From a virus (lineage: Duplodnaviria > Caudoviricetes), in the IMG/VR virus record IMGVR_UViG_3300037722_000745, positions 96,001-160,000 of that record: 64,000 nt of DNA. One strand, written 5' to 3'. The notes beneath the pieces are model-generated. The model was not told the DNA's origin. It saw nothing but the letters and a program-made list of their open reading frames with translations, and ran no database searches. A program made the translations under genes and the position numbers. Shown here piece after piece: positions 25,863-35,129 of this stretch (within the stretch, counting starts at the first letter, position 1; each line of letters opens with the position of its first letter).

Positions 25863-28800
25863 TTAGATTCTAGCCCGAAGATTGAAAGTAAGGACAATAT
25901 ACAAAAGAGGAAAAATTGGAGCATAGAACATTTCGAAGTTCAGGATAGTGGGGTCGTCTGGGTCTATCTCTGCCGTCATGCCAGTGAAGGCCCCGACGAT
26001 CTCAGCCTGAACTAACGAACGGAAAAGCCCGGTCATCGATACGACAACTTCATTGGTCCGGCTCGCAAGGAACTTGGTGCCAATGTATGAATCCAAAATT
26101 GATCGACTCTGCTGATGGACAAAGTCCGCAATCTGGACAACCGTCGGTAGACGTGTGAGAACGTTGGCCATGTTTGTCGTCAGACCCTGTCGGATACGGA
26201 TGATGGGATCCAAATCCTCCAAGAGGGTGACACCAGCGACAGCCGTCTGATTGGCCTCCACCGGATCTAGGATCCTTGGGATCCTGGTGAACCCCTGAAT
26301 CCTGCGACGAGTGTAAGGAGTCGCCACGTCAACAGCCGGCGAAACTACGGCTCCAGCAACCGCCGCCCCGAAGAAGCTGCCGTCGATGAGCTGTTCAAAG
26401 TTCTGCCCCAACTCGTCAGTCAGAGTGATGACCGAAGAGTCTGGGTACAGAGCCACGATGCGACTAGAGTTCAAACCTCGAGCCACAGCCTGCACAGCCG
26501 TAGGAATCGTACCTGACGCGAACCCAACGAACCCAATACGCTCCGCCTGGTTGCGGATATTCGATTGAATTTCGCAGTGGTTGGTCAGGTGTGTGTAGAC
26601 CGCGGTGTCAGTCGCCAGCGGCACGATGATGTCCGGGCGGATGTTGCCTGGCAGCGGTGTCGCCAGCTCGTCGATCGCCTCATTGAACGCCTGGGCCGAA
26701 GCCTGATTGGTGTTAGGGATCTTGAGCACCTGCTTGATGATGATCAGGACGGCACCGTTCAGGATCGCCAGGTACCCTCCCAGAGAAGCTCGGTTTTCCG
26801 CCGAGGTCCCTCCGAAGTTGGCCTCGATCGTCTTGAGCTGCTGGAAGATCCTCGGCGAGTAGTCCTGCTTTTGGTATCGGTAGGTGATGAAGTAGAAGTC
26901 CCCGACAGACGGTTCAACTCCGTCCGGATTGTAGGTCGTCAGATCCGCCGTATCGTTGACGCCGACCCCCACAGTATTCGAAACCAGTAGCTCCAAGCCC
27001 CCGATCGAGTATCGAGGCACACTCGGCGACACATGGAAGGTCTCCTGCGCCTCCAAGGTGAACGAACCCGCCGGGTCGTAGCTGCCCGTGCTGGCTGGAA
27101 GCACCGTGAAACGCAACCCGGTTGTGGCATCAGTATACGTTTGCCCTGGGACGCCCGTACCCGATGACCCCGTGCCAGCGGTAGAGGTCACAGTGAAGAA
27201 GTCCGAGGGATCTTCCCCGACGTCACCATCCGTACCTGGTGTGATGTCGACACCCGTAGAGGGGTGGAACGCTGAGTTCACTGCGTTAGCAAATCCAATG
27301 CTAGACGTAGCCGCCCCCGTCGAGAGCGAAACGAACGTGATGTAGTCCGAGCCGCTCACGGTATCAACATAAGCCACGGCCCCAGCGGCGAAACCAACCG
27401 TCGCCATGAGAGAACTCACAACTTCCTGAGCCTCAACAAGAGTCTGGCTGGCAAACTGGTTCTGGGTGAATCCCAGCACGTCGTTCGCAGACCCGGCCCC
27501 GATCAAAATGGCAGAGTTGGCGTCATTCGTCGCGCTTGTTAGCCGGATCTTGTCCAAGTTGGCCCCAGTGCCCACTGAAGCTACGCTGCCCGGAATCACT
27601 CCGTTGATGTCAGCAGCGACCGTAACCGCCGTTACAGCCGCTCCTGCGGTCAGCGTGACCGTGTATTCGACCCCGTTCACGGTCGCAACGAGAATGTCAT
27701 TGAGACCCGCCGTGATATTGAAATCCCCGACCAGGGTGCCCAACAACGTAGCAGGCTTGTTGATAGACCCCGTCGTCCCCTCGACGCTCGCAAACGTCTG
27801 GAAGCCGAGCGTACCCTCCGCCGTGCCTTGGTTGATCGTGACGTTGGAGACATCATCGAAACCTCCAGGCAGAGCGCCTGGAACTTCCAAACCACGGATG
27901 ATGAAGTAGACATCCCCTGTAGCCCCACCGACCTGAGAGAAACTAGCCAGGTTGTTAGGAGCCGTGCCAATGAAAGCCGCATCAGCGTCGATAACGGCAT
28001 TGATCTCGGCTACAATAGCTGTTGGAGTCTGGGTGCCAGAGGTCAGGCTGATCGTAGCGAGGTCAACACCGTCGATGGTGATGTTCAGATCGTTGTCCGG
28101 AGCCGGATCGATCGTGATGTCACCTGCGTCGACACCTGTTTGGATCGGCGTGACAGGGCCACTCACGAGCACAGCCGGAGCCGCCGCCGCCAGGTTGGTG
28201 ACCTGGTTCACGGCGTCCACCACGGTCGTCCAAGTCGCCGAGAACGGCGAGTAGAACGAATAGGGTGCAGCGCCCTTGATAGTGTAGACCGCGTTGGTCG
28301 CCACGCTCTGATCGAACGTCACGGTCACGACCTCGGACACAGGGGCCCCAGAACCCGAGTGAAAGGCGTCCGGAATCAGCTCCGAGCCTCTCGGCCACTG
28401 GACAATCTGACTCAGACCTGTCTTGGACCCAAATCGAGTCTCGTAGAGGTTCGCATCCTGGGTGGTTGAGAAGACCTTGTACTGGCCGGTCCCTACCGGG
28501 CCAGGGACCGTGTTGGTGAGGATGTACGTGTCATCCGCAAGGCGGCTGTAGTAGAACGTTGCGTAAGCGTTGTAGCCAGGAGGCTGGGCGTCCTGCAGTA
28601 CGATGCGACGGTTCACACCGTCCACCACTTCCACAGGTACGGCAGGTCGATTCAACGCGTCTCGCAGTGTACGACCCGTGTATACCTGGATCAGATCTGG
28701 TCGATTCGTGAGTAGCGCTTGACGGCTGTTGGCTACCGAGTTGAAGGTTGTCAAGCCCAGCGTGGTGCTACGACCGTTACCCGTGGTGGGCACCTCCGGT

Positions 28801-30155
28801 AGCAGGAAGTCTGTGCTCGAGACCGTTGCCGGGATGGTGCTGGTATCGGTGACTCGGACGCACTCCGCCAAATACAAACGCTCATCAATAAGCGTACCAA
28901 CCACCTGCCCCCCGGCCCCTGTCGAACCATCGAAAGGCGTAGCCCCTGGGGTAGTCGTGCCGGGGGCCACCTGGAAGCTAGATCCCCAGTTAATGACCGA
29001 CACATCCGTGCTCGGGTTCGAAACGACAAAGTCCGTGCCTTGGATGAAGTCATTGCGGCCAGGTGAGATACCAGCGCGGAGAACCGTTGTCACCAGACTG
29101 TTGGGCAGGTAATCGAAGGTATCCTGCCATGTGTTGGCCCAGTACTGTACTGTTACCGTAGCTCCAGGAGCGGGCGCAAAGGGCAGTGTCACGATCCCGT
29201 TCGTGCCGTCCACTTGTTGCACGACGACCTGAGTTCCGTCGACCTTCGCCACCACCTTGGACGTGTCCGTAGTGGTGGTGCCGCCTCCCGTACCGTCCAC
29301 AATGGGCCGTTGGAACACACGGAAGTCACGGTTGCGATTAGACGACGCACCCGCAGTGAAACCCAACGGGCCGTTCGCAGTGCCTTCTCCGATGGTCAGA
29401 CCCACCGGGGTCGTGAACTGGATGTGATCCAAACCTTGGTTATCAGTTGACACCGAAGTCGACAGGTTGGACACCGAGGCGGCATTGATGGTCGAAACCA
29501 CCGTAGTAGCAGACAACGAACCCGCAGGAAGCGTGATCGTGGCCACCGTACCATTGACGTTGATGACGAACTGATCATTGCTGCCCGCTACGATTTCGAA
29601 CGGAGCATACCCAGGAGAGGTTAGAGACGCGTTCGTCTCAGTAACCTGATCCGATAGATCATCAGTGAACGAGGTGTCGCCCCTATGGAAAAAGTACGTG
29701 ACCCGGACGTCGTCCGTAGCTTGTGTGGGAACCTGAAGCGTGACAAGCCCGCTCGAACCTTGGATCGAGCCCACAGCCACCGGAGTCCCATTCGCAGTAA
29801 CAGTCACCGACCGAACGTCATTCGTGGTCAAGCCAAACCCTTGACCATCCACAATGGGGTAGTTCCGAACTCGGAACTGAGTCAGAGTGCCGTCTTGGAC
29901 CCCAAGGATCAGGTTGTTGGCGTTAGAGTCATCCACAACCCAGCTCTCGGACACGTCCTCGTTGACGATCCGCTGATCCACAGTTGAGGATGACCCGCGA
30001 ACGATCTCAAAGTCGTTCTGCTCCAGCTCTTCCTGACCGACGCCAATCAGAGCTGGGATCCTAAGCCCCGCCACCAAATTGCTGGCGTTTGTCTCAGTCA
30101 GGGTACGGGTGTAGACGCCAGGGGGAGCGTATGAAATAAAGGGGCCTAGGGCCAT
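25863..30155 (-). CDS. Contractile tail sheath protein with multiple inserted domains
   Basis: 1430 aa. N-terminal APPGVYTRTL; C-terminal sheath core (AAVAGAV...PYTRRRIQGF...QTAVAGVTLLE...IRIRQGLTT...APIFPLLYIVLTFNL). Confidence 0.92.
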   Translation of the reverse strand: MALGPFISYAPPGVYTRTLTETNASNLVAGLRIPALIGVGQEELEQNDFEIVRGSSSTVDQRIVNEDVSESWVVDDSNANNLILGVQDGTLTQFRVRNYPIVDGQGFGLTTNDVRSVTVTANGTPVAVGSIQGSSGLVTLQVPTQATDDVRVTYFFHRGDTSFTDDLSDQVTETNASLTSPGYAPFEIVAGSNDQFVINVNGTVATITLPAGSLSATTVVSTINAASVSNLSTSVSTDNQGLDHIQFTTPVGLTIGEGTANGPLGFTAGASSNRNRDFRVFQRPIVDGTGGGTTTTDTSKVVAKVDGTQVVVQQVDGTNGIVTLPFAPAPGATVTVQYWANTWQDTFDYLPNSLVTTVLRAGISPGRNDFIQGTDFVVSNPSTDVSVINWGSSFQVAPGTTTPGATPFDGSTGAGGQVVGTLIDERLYLAECVRVTDTSTIPATVSSTDFLLPEVPTTGNGRSTTLGLTTFNSVANSRQALLTNRPDLIQVYTGRTLRDALNRPAVPVEVVDGVNRRIVLQDAQPPGYNAYATFYYSRLADDTYILTNTVPGPVGTGQYKVFSTTQDANLYETRFGSKTGLSQIVQWPRGSELIPDAFHSGSGAPVSEVVTVTFDQSVATNAVYTIKGAAPYSFYSPFSATWTTVVDAVNQVTNLAAAAPAVLVSGPVTPIQTGVDAGDITIDPAPDNDLNITIDGVDLATISLTSGTQTPTAIVAEINAVIDADAAFIGTAPNNLASFSQVGGATGDVYFIIRGLEVPGALPGGFDDVSNVTINQGTAEGTLGFQTFASVEGTTGSINKPATLLGTLVGDFNITAGLNDILVATVNGVEYTVTLTAGAAVTAVTVAADINGVIPGSVASVGTGANLDKIRLTSATNDANSAILIGAGSANDVLGFTQNQFASQTLVEAQEVVSSLMATVGFAAGAVAYVDTVSGSDYITFVSLSTGAATSSIGFANAVNSAFHPSTGVDITPGTDGDVGEDPSDFFTVTSTAGTGSSGTGVPGQTYTDATTGLRFTVLPASTGSYDPAGSFTLEAQETFHVSPSVPRYSIGGLELLVSNTVGVGVNDTADLTTYNPDGVEPSVGDFYFITYRYQKQDYSPRIFQQLKTIEANFGGTSAENRASLGGYLAILNGAVLIIIKQVLKIPNTNQASAQAFNEAIDELATPLPGNIRPDIIVPLATDTAVYTHLTNHCEIQSNIRNQAERIGFVGFASGTIPTAVQAVARGLNSSRIVALYPDSSVITLTDELGQNFEQLIDGSFFGAAVAGAVVSPAVDVATPYTRRRIQGFTRIPRILDPVEANQTAVAGVTLLEDLDPIIRIRQGLTTNMANVLTRLPTVVQIADFVHQQSRSILDSYIGTKFLASRTNEVVVSMTGLFRSLVQAEIVGAFTGMTAEIDPDDPTILNFEMFYAPIFPLLYIVLTFNLRARI

Positions 30156-30198
30156 CAGAATCTCCTTGAGGCTACCTGTCTCACCGCGGTGAGAAACA

Positions 30199-30303
30199 AT
30201 TTGGATCTGGGTCTCATTTGGGATCGTCTCGCCGAAACAAGCGATCCGATCGCTGAATCCTTAGGAGTCTGATTTGGGTCTTGATCTAGAGGCGCATTGC
30301 CTC
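30199..30303 (-). promoter_or_regulatory. 5' region of the sheath gene: hairpin followed by periodic RRAY runs
   Basis: Hairpin gaggc/gcctc at 30289-30303; RTYY tetramers at 30284, 30278, 30272, 30267 and at 30216, 30211, 30205, 30199. Confidence 0.45.
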
Positions 30304-30329
30304 CCGTAACAGAGCAGCAAAACAAAGCT

Positions 30330-30743
30330 TTATCGCTTGCCTTCGGCCACAGCCTTGAAAGCCTCTTGCGCAAGCTTCCTGCGAGCAGACTTCCCTGCCT
30401 CACTCATAGGTTCGTAATCGATGTAATCTCTACCCGTGTGGCGAATCAAGGCGGGGGTCCCACCCTGTTTACGGGCCTCTTTCTTGACTTGCTCTCGAGC
30501 CGAAATGACTTTCCACCGATCCTCCGCACTGCGACCAACGGCCTGATCCGCTGTCGGATAATCCTGCTTGTGGACCCCAGAATTCGCTGTGGCTCCTCCC
30601 CCAAACGAGAAGCCAAACCCGGTTATCACAAGTGGCGCAGCGTCGCGGCAAGACGGGCACTCATGAGTCGTATGTTCCCCAGTCTTCAAATACCGCTCGA
30701 AGTAGAGCTGGCACTCAAGACATTCGAACGCATACTTCGGCAC
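30330..30743 (-). CDS. FmdB-like zinc-ribbon protein
   Basis: MPKYAFECLEC...HECPSC matches the FmdB Zn-ribbon N-terminal pattern. Confidence 0.75.
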   Translation of the reverse strand: MPKYAFECLECQLYFERYLKTGEHTTHECPSCRDAAPLVITGFGFSFGGGATANSGVHKQDYPTADQAVGRSAEDRWKVISAREQVKKEARKQGGTPALIRHTGRDYIDYEPMSEAGKSARRKLAQEAFKAVAEGKR

Positions 30744-31939
30744 TACAAGATCCTCTCGAAATCGTTGTTGAGACCCTTGATCACCGGAAGAGTGGCGTAG
30801 AACAGCTTACCACCCACGTCTCCATGAAGAGTAGTGACTTTGATCGGATCTAGAGGGGAGGCCGCTTTGTCCGCCTCCGGTGTGGTGTCCCGCACACGTG
30901 AAATCGTCAAGGGTAGGGGAACATGGACTTCCCAATCAGCTTGCAGCTGAATAGAGAGCGAAGCGTTGAAGAAGTAGTCATCCCCTGTTTCATCGTAGAT
31001 CTCCTCTGCCTCCCCGCCAATGGAGACATCCGTGATCTCGATACCCTCCGCTGAGAGCGCGGACCTCTTTTGAGCCCACAGGTACATGATAATGAGATCG
31101 GAGATCTCCTCCATCTGGACGGTATCGCGAGCAATCACGTCCAAGTCAAACGAGACATCGAAGCGCCCGCCATAGGCTCCCGCTGACTCCACACGATCCT
31201 CATAGACCACCACAGCAAGCTTGTCTCCTTTCTGAGCACGCTTGCCGAAAGCCATAACCACTCCAGGTAATGTCTCGAAGTCCCCCGTATTCCACTTGAA
31301 CGAGATGGGCCCGACGGACGGTACGGAATAACGGTAGTCCGCTGTGAGGGTGGCACCCGGAGACGACTGAGACAGGAGTTCAATCGAGCCCGTGGTGTAA
31401 TCTACGTTGTAATGAGTTCCTTCAGTGAGTAAGAACCTCCGGTTCTCCCACAATCGTAGCGTACCCTTCAGTGGTAGTTGCTGGAGCTGAGCCTCGCTCT
31501 CAACCCCTGTTAGGAACCTTAGTACAGGCTCATCATTAACCGTCAACAGAGGATCAATCACATAGGAGCCCATCTCTTGCGATGTTGTTGGTGCCTCCAA
31601 GATCTCTAGGTAGTAAACCCCGGGTGGGGTGGGCATGCGTCCGTCGTTGGCCTTCACACAGGCCAAGTCTTCCCTGACCCACTCTAAGGGGTATGATGGA
31701 GCACCCACGTAGGCCAACATCACGTGACTCATAACTGACCCTAGAAAGTTGTCAGCGGACAGAGACACTTTGTTGGCACTCGACCCCTTGACGACGATGC
31801 CGTATTGGGGCCGCTCCTTGAACGCGTATTTGTTCTCTATGTACGGGACTATTTTCTCGTAGACAGGGTGCTGAGAGAAACTGTCTTTCAGTTCTAGAAC
31901 AAGCCTACGTTTAAGAGCCTGGAGTAAGTAGTAGTACAC
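30743..31939 (-). CDS. Tail terminator / completion protein with an inserted beta-sandwich domain
   Basis: 398 aa; lies between neck and sheath genes; C-terminal DVSFDLDVIARD...ASLSIQLQADW. Confidence 0.5.
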   Translation of the reverse strand: MYYYLLQALKRRLVLELKDSFSQHPVYEKIVPYIENKYAFKERPQYGIVVKGSSANKVSLSADNFLGSVMSHVMLAYVGAPSYPLEWVREDLACVKANDGRMPTPPGVYYLEILEAPTTSQEMGSYVIDPLLTVNDEPVLRFLTGVESEAQLQQLPLKGTLRLWENRRFLLTEGTHYNVDYTTGSIELLSQSSPGATLTADYRYSVPSVGPISFKWNTGDFETLPGVVMAFGKRAQKGDKLAVVVYEDRVESAGAYGGRFDVSFDLDVIARDTVQMEEISDLIIMYLWAQKRSALSAEGIEITDVSIGGEAEEIYDETGDDYFFNASLSIQLQADWEVHVPLPLTISRVRDTTPEADKAASPLDPIKVTTLHGDVGGKLFYATLPVIKGLNNDFERIL

Positions 31940-31945
31940 GCAGCA

Positions 31946-32980
31946 TCACTCCGCGTGTTCTTCCGTGGCTAGAATCAAAAGACCATCAGCTACCGCGGTC
32001 ATAGGGTTCGCAGCAGCTCGAATCTCACTGATCTCAATTGGAAACCCGCGCTTCTTGACGGACTCAAACTCATCCTTGAAGACTTCGAGGAAGCCTCCCG
32101 CCCGACTGGTGCCGCCAGAGATTACAAACGGCACTGGATCCGGAAGGTCTACTGTGGACTGGACCTTCCGAAATTGAACCGCAATGTTGTCCAAACAGTA
32201 CTTGATCAAAGCACGGATGTAGAGGGCGATAGCTTCTTCGTCCCGGTTCTTGGGATCCGCAAGGTTCACACCCTTCTCTTTGACCGCACACATCCGAGAA
32301 GCCGTCGAACCGGTTGCCTTAGCCGCATGCGTGTCGACCCAGTCCCCTCCCCGAGCCAGACTGAAATCCATACCCATCATCGCTTGGTACGCCAATGCGA
32401 TGTTACACATACCCGAACCGAAGCTGACTGCCAAACCAGAGAAACTCTCGTCCGCACACTGACTGTAGATGATCGCCATCGCCTCGTTCATTGGGTGGGG
32501 TGTGTACCCTAACTCCGACAAAATCTTTCGGAACACCTCAGTGTGATAGATGATGTCTTGGGTCTCGTCGTCGATAGGTGAGGCTGGGACACTGTAGAAG
32601 CAGTGCTCGCCCGTCGAAACGGGCTCTCCGATCACGTTGCCGATCAGCAGGCTCAAAATCTGTTGAGCGTCAAGCTCACCAGCGGAAATGACGCCGCGAC
32701 TGAGTGGGCGACGCACCTCCCGCTTGAAGAGATTAGCCATGTTGAGAGCTGAGTCGCCTAGGACGATGAGGTTGCCCTCATGCTCCACATAATCGACCTT
32801 GGACAAACGAAGAGTCTTCTTTGCCTCGGGATCGAGGTCGAGGAAGGCATCTCGAATCCGCTTGGTTTCAACCTTATCACTAGACGCCCACAACCGTCGA
32901 GCTGCGACAAGATTCATGGTGCCAACGTCGAGGCCCACAGCAGGGTTGTACTGACCTACATCTTCATCTTTTTTACTCAT
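31946..32980 (-). CDS. Actin-like ATPase (MamK/MreB/FtsA fold)
   Basis: 344 aa with phosphate-1 (GLDVGTMN), connect-1 (NEAMA), phosphate-2 (SFGSGMCN) and adenosine (ISGGTS) motifs. Confidence 0.85.
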   Translation of the reverse strand: MSKKDEDVGQYNPAVGLDVGTMNLVAARRLWASSDKVETKRIRDAFLDLDPEAKKTLRLSKVDYVEHEGNLIVLGDSALNMANLFKREVRRPLSRGVISAGELDAQQILSLLIGNVIGEPVSTGEHCFYSVPASPIDDETQDIIYHTEVFRKILSELGYTPHPMNEAMAIIYSQCADESFSGLAVSFGSGMCNIALAYQAMMGMDFSLARGGDWVDTHAAKATGSTASRMCAVKEKGVNLADPKNRDEEAIALYIRALIKYCLDNIAVQFRKVQSTVDLPDPVPFVISGGTSRAGGFLEVFKDEFESVKKRGFPIEISEIRAAANPMTAVADGLLILATEEHAE

Positions 32981-33001
32981 CTGATCTTCTCCATTTTTGA
33001 A

Positions 33002-33931
33002 CTACAACCCTGTGCGGTCGTAGCTATACTCCAGCTTCCCGCCCCGTTGCTGAAGCAGGTAGAGGAACTCTTCGTGCTTGTCGGCGGCACCTTGGATTAG
33101 GTTGTCAGTGCCATCGGAAAGCTCACCACGCGCCTCAAGAGACTTACGGGCCTCTCCGATGCAATGGACCACACATCGCTCCACGTTAAGACTGGCCTCG
33201 ACCATACCCTCTGCTCCCAGCACACCAGGAGTCCCGCACCACAGCTGGATCAAAAAGCCCATGGACGAGATCTGTAGAGATGGGCTCACGAGCACTGCGT
33301 GCCCCGATCCTACCGCCCGTTCCGCCACCTGATCGATGAAGGTCTGAGAGTCCTCATAGATCCGCATGAACAGCAAGTGGTCTCCATAAAAATGGCCCCC
33401 TCGTGTCTGCCAATGGTGGCTCTGGTGGACGTGAGAAGCCGCACGCAAAATCGCCAGCAAGGCCCCCAACTCAGACATTGGGACCCCCTCGAATCTTTGG
33501 ACAAGCCCACTAAAGACCCCTCCGAATGATTCATGGGCCTCTTTCATCTGACCTTTCTCCGGAAGATATGGGGGGCCGTTGGTCTGACCATCAAAAGTCA
33601 GAGGATCGACCCAGATCGCGTGTATGGAATCCGCTGGCATTCTTACCTTCCAAGGATCCACCGAAGCCGTCTTGTCCCCACCATCCTCTCGCAGATCTTT
33701 CCCAACTTGCGATGGTGTGTGCTTCGTGGGCCGAGCCGTAAAGGTCTTCCCAGAGTAGGGGGACTTGATCGTGAGAACGCGCTCTTCCAAGTAGAAAACG
33801 CCCCCGTCTGGGTCAGTGTACTTCCACAGAAATGCCTGAGCCGCTGTCTTGGGTCGTTCAGAGGGCTTACCCGAGATCTGTTCGACGGTCCGAATGGCGT
33901 GGGTTAGGAGATTGGCTTGACGTGGGTGCAT
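33002..33931 (-). CDS. Dps/ferritin-like protein with an extra N-terminal domain
   Basis: C-terminal HWQTRGGHFYGDHLLFMRIYEDSQTFIDQVAER matches the Dps ferroxidase signature. Start uncertain (33931 or 33967). Confidence 0.8.
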   Translation of the reverse strand: MHPRQANLLTHAIRTVEQISGKPSERPKTAAQAFLWKYTDPDGGVFYLEERVLTIKSPYSGKTFTARPTKHTPSQVGKDLREDGGDKTASVDPWKVRMPADSIHAIWVDPLTFDGQTNGPPYLPEKGQMKEAHESFGGVFSGLVQRFEGVPMSELGALLAILRAASHVHQSHHWQTRGGHFYGDHLLFMRIYEDSQTFIDQVAERAVGSGHAVLVSPSLQISSMGFLIQLWCGTPGVLGAEGMVEASLNVERCVVHCIGEARKSLEARGELSDGTDNLIQGAADKHEEFLYLLQQRGGKLEYSYDRTGL

Positions 33932-33964
33932 GTCGAAGGGTGATCCTTTCCACGGTAGCCATAT

Positions 33965-33977
33965 CAAGAAAGCTTTA
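33965..33977 (-). promoter_or_regulatory. Putative late promoter variant TAAAGCTTTCTTG
   Basis: 10/13 identical to the 63623 copy; lies upstream of the Dps-like gene. Confidence 0.35.
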
Positions 33978-33984
33978 TCAAAGG

Positions 33985-34626
33985 TCAGTCTGACTTCCTC
34001 TTGCGCAACTGACGAAGACGCTCAGCAGCACTCGAAATCTCCGCTGTAGAGGACTCTGCTTGGATGTCGATCCTTACCTCAACGTCCTCCGGCTTGATCT
34101 GCCTAGGGATGAACGTAGGAGCCGCCCCATCAACCACATCCTCCGCCTCTTTAGCAACCCGAACCGGACTTGTCCCCGTAGAGGGCACCAACGCCCCGTT
34201 CTGGAGCGCTAACAGTAAGGCGTCTATCTTGGCCGTCTGAGCCGCCATATCGGTACTCAGACTGGACCGGAGAGAAGAGTTCTCTTCCTGAAGAGAGGCC
34301 AACTGGGAGGTCAACACCGCCACCTGTCTCGCTAAACGCTCACGTTCCTGTTCAACAACTAGGTCCTCGGATGGCGGTTGACGTAGAAATGATGGTGTCC
34401 TGGCGTCAGGACGCAACTGAAACAGCTGCCGTTGAGAGATCCCAAGCCACAAATCCCTGGACTGTAGAGCAAGCTCCGCGGGTATACCCACCTCAACTCC
34501 GTACGGAACCTTGATGTTGAGGTCCAGAATCGTGTGCGCCCCATTGACCAACCCTACCACTCGTACATCTCTCATGACCGGCTTGCGTTTCATAACCTTA
34601 CTCAACCATGCCCAGAAACCTGTCAT
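33985..34626 (-). CDS. Hypothetical protein with coiled coil
   Basis: 213 aa from ATG 34626 (GAGG RBS, directly after the upstream stop). Confidence 0.65.
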   Translation of the reverse strand: MTGFWAWLSKVMKRKPVMRDVRVVGLVNGAHTILDLNIKVPYGVEVGIPAELALQSRDLWLGISQRQLFQLRPDARTPSFLRQPPSEDLVVEQERERLARQVAVLTSQLASLQEENSSLRSSLSTDMAAQTAKIDALLLALQNGALVPSTGTSPVRVAKEAEDVVDGAAPTFIPRQIKPEDVEVRIDIQAESSTAEISSAAERLRQLRKRKSD

Positions 34627-34628
34627 GC

Positions 34629-35126
34629 TCACCTCTTCCAGGCCGCACGTCCTTGTTTCCGTAGCTCCTTTTCGAACTTGTCCTTCATGAAAGCCCGACT
34701 TGTCTTCTTGGCTCGATCCACGAATGTGGAAGGGTCCCTGCCAGGATGAACCCACCGGCCATCTCGCATGGATCGAGCACTAGCCCATCGGAAGATCAGC
34801 TCCCCATCCTCCTTGATGATCGGAATCGGGACACGAGCTTTCGTTAACCAGGTCATCTGACGCTGCTTCCGACCACGAACCAAAGGTCCGAAAGCTGGGT
34901 GTTTAGAGATCACCCTAAGGCTAGACGGCTTGATCTCAATTGCCAGAGACCGTGCCAGGGATCGCTTGGCACGGTCTGAAAACGCCGTCTGCATTAGCTC
35001 CTGTTTGAGCCGTCGCATCAGGTCCCGCCGAGCCCGCTTGAGGATCGCCTCCGGATCCCCCGTTTGAAACATCCGCTCGGGGACCAATGGTTTGAGGTAG
35101 ACCCTCGTCGCGACGAACTTACCCAC
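34629..35126 (-). CDS. Basic neck/tail-completion protein (HK97 gp10-like position)
   Basis: 165 aa, Arg/Lys-rich; follows the head-closure gene. Confidence 0.45.
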   Translation of the reverse strand: MGKFVATRVYLKPLVPERMFQTGDPEAILKRARRDLMRRLKQELMQTAFSDRAKRSLARSLAIEIKPSSLRVISKHPAFGPLVRGRKQRQMTWLTKARVPIPIIKEDGELIFRWASARSMRDGRWVHPGRDPSTFVDRAKKTSRAFMKDKFEKELRKQGRAAWKR

Positions 35127-35129
35127 GTC

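Noticed and set aside
1-30155. Bacterial contractile injection system (eCIS, T6SS, tailocin)
   Set aside because: Capsid, scaffold, neck and helicase genes are in the same block, indicating a complete phage.
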